Source of the DNA: Chiloscyllium plagiosum
Taxonomy: Eukaryota
DNA: 64,000 bases
Assembly (NCBI RefSeq): GCF_004010195.1
Contig: NC_057711.1
Location: 77,972,560 to 78,036,559, forward strand
Direction: 5' to 3'
Position numbers and translations under genes: made by a program. Shown in pieces: positions 63,685 to 64,000 of this stretch. The notes under the pieces are model-generated. The model saw nothing but the letters and a program-made list of their open reading frames with translations. It made no database searches and was not told the origin of the DNA. Position 1 is the first letter of the stretch. Every line of letters starts with the position of its first letter.

Positions 63685-63762
63685 GTAAAAAGAAAAATAT
63701 TATGATGATTTACCCAGTTTTAAATGTTCTTAGTTATGGAAATTTACCTTTTAATTTTTTAG

Positions 63763-63886
63763 GTGCACAGAAAGAAGGTGCAGCTGGTTTCTTCAAAGGT
63801 ATTGGCAAGGGCTTGGTTGGGGCTGTTGCAAGACCCACCGGAGGCATCATAGACCTAGCCAGCAGCACTTTTCAAGGGATCAAAAG
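63763..63886 (+). CDS. VPS13A: VPS13A coding exon 14 of window (124 nt): GAQKEGAAGFFKGIGKGLVGAVARPTGGIIDLASSTFQGIKR (ATG2_C-like region)
   Basis: Acceptor ttttag|GT, donor AAG|gtaaaa. Confidence 0.96.
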
Positions 63887-64000
63887 GTAAAATATTGAGT
63901 GAAATCGTATCTGGACAGAATCATCTTTGCATGTGACAGTTCCTGATAATGGAACTGTAAGTGCATAGCACTTCTGCTTGGAGCAGCTGGCCACATGAAA

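Larger units (their letters stand above)
7569..63886 (+). other. VPS13A: VPS13A (chorein, bridge-like lipid transfer protein) gene, partial: 14 coding exons of the C-terminal part; gene extends beyond both window ends
   Basis: Exons splice with GT-AG boundaries and matching phases into a 1661-nt open frame. Peptides such as SFFEGLQRII, YFKVLIQEMDLKLDLGF, SLYEYFHISPIKLHLS, SLNLLLKSIGATLTDVQDVVFK and GAVARPTGGIIDLASSTFQGIKR match VPS13A as I recall it, better than VPS13C. From memory the exon sizes correspond to roughly human exons 54-67 (not checked by search). Confidence 0.93.

Noticed and set aside
7802..63762. Minor-spliceosome (U12) or non-canonical introns; intronic snoRNAs
   Set aside because: All 13 introns are GT-AG without the GTATCCT donor, and I saw no convincing C/D or H/ACA structure by eye

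Overview
This is eukaryotic, vertebrate genomic DNA, most likely from a cartilaginous fish (shark). That is inferred from the HE1/V-SINE, CR1/HER1 and Penelope repeat content. The window lies inside one large + strand gene, VPS13A (chorein). I read 14 consecutive coding exons (7569-63886). All have GT-AG introns with compatible phases and splice into one 1661-nt stop-free frame (~553 aa). This covers the end of the VAB region, the C-terminal RBG repeat and the ATG2_C-like amphipathic helices. The introns are dense with transposable elements. These include many CR1-type LINE fragments, tRNA-derived V-SINEs, a Rex1/Babar LINE remnant and three Penelope-type insertions with target-site duplications. 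One Penelope copy keeps an essentially intact minimal hammerhead ribozyme core, and another is a 126-bp inverted repeat. There is also a degenerate Gypsy internal region, two probable solo LTRs, Tigger/pogo-like MITEs and a 31-bp GC-rich minisatellite inside an apparent non-autonomous element. A decayed full-length 7.7-kb Gmr1-type LTR retrotransposon has a SCAN-like gag, integrase upstream of RT and nested insertions. There is one assembly gap (188 N). I found no prokaryotic-type system and no clearly new gene system. The best leads are the ribozyme-bearing Penelope elements, the Gmr1/SCAN element, the minisatellite element family and an in-frame stop-free 78-nt intron.
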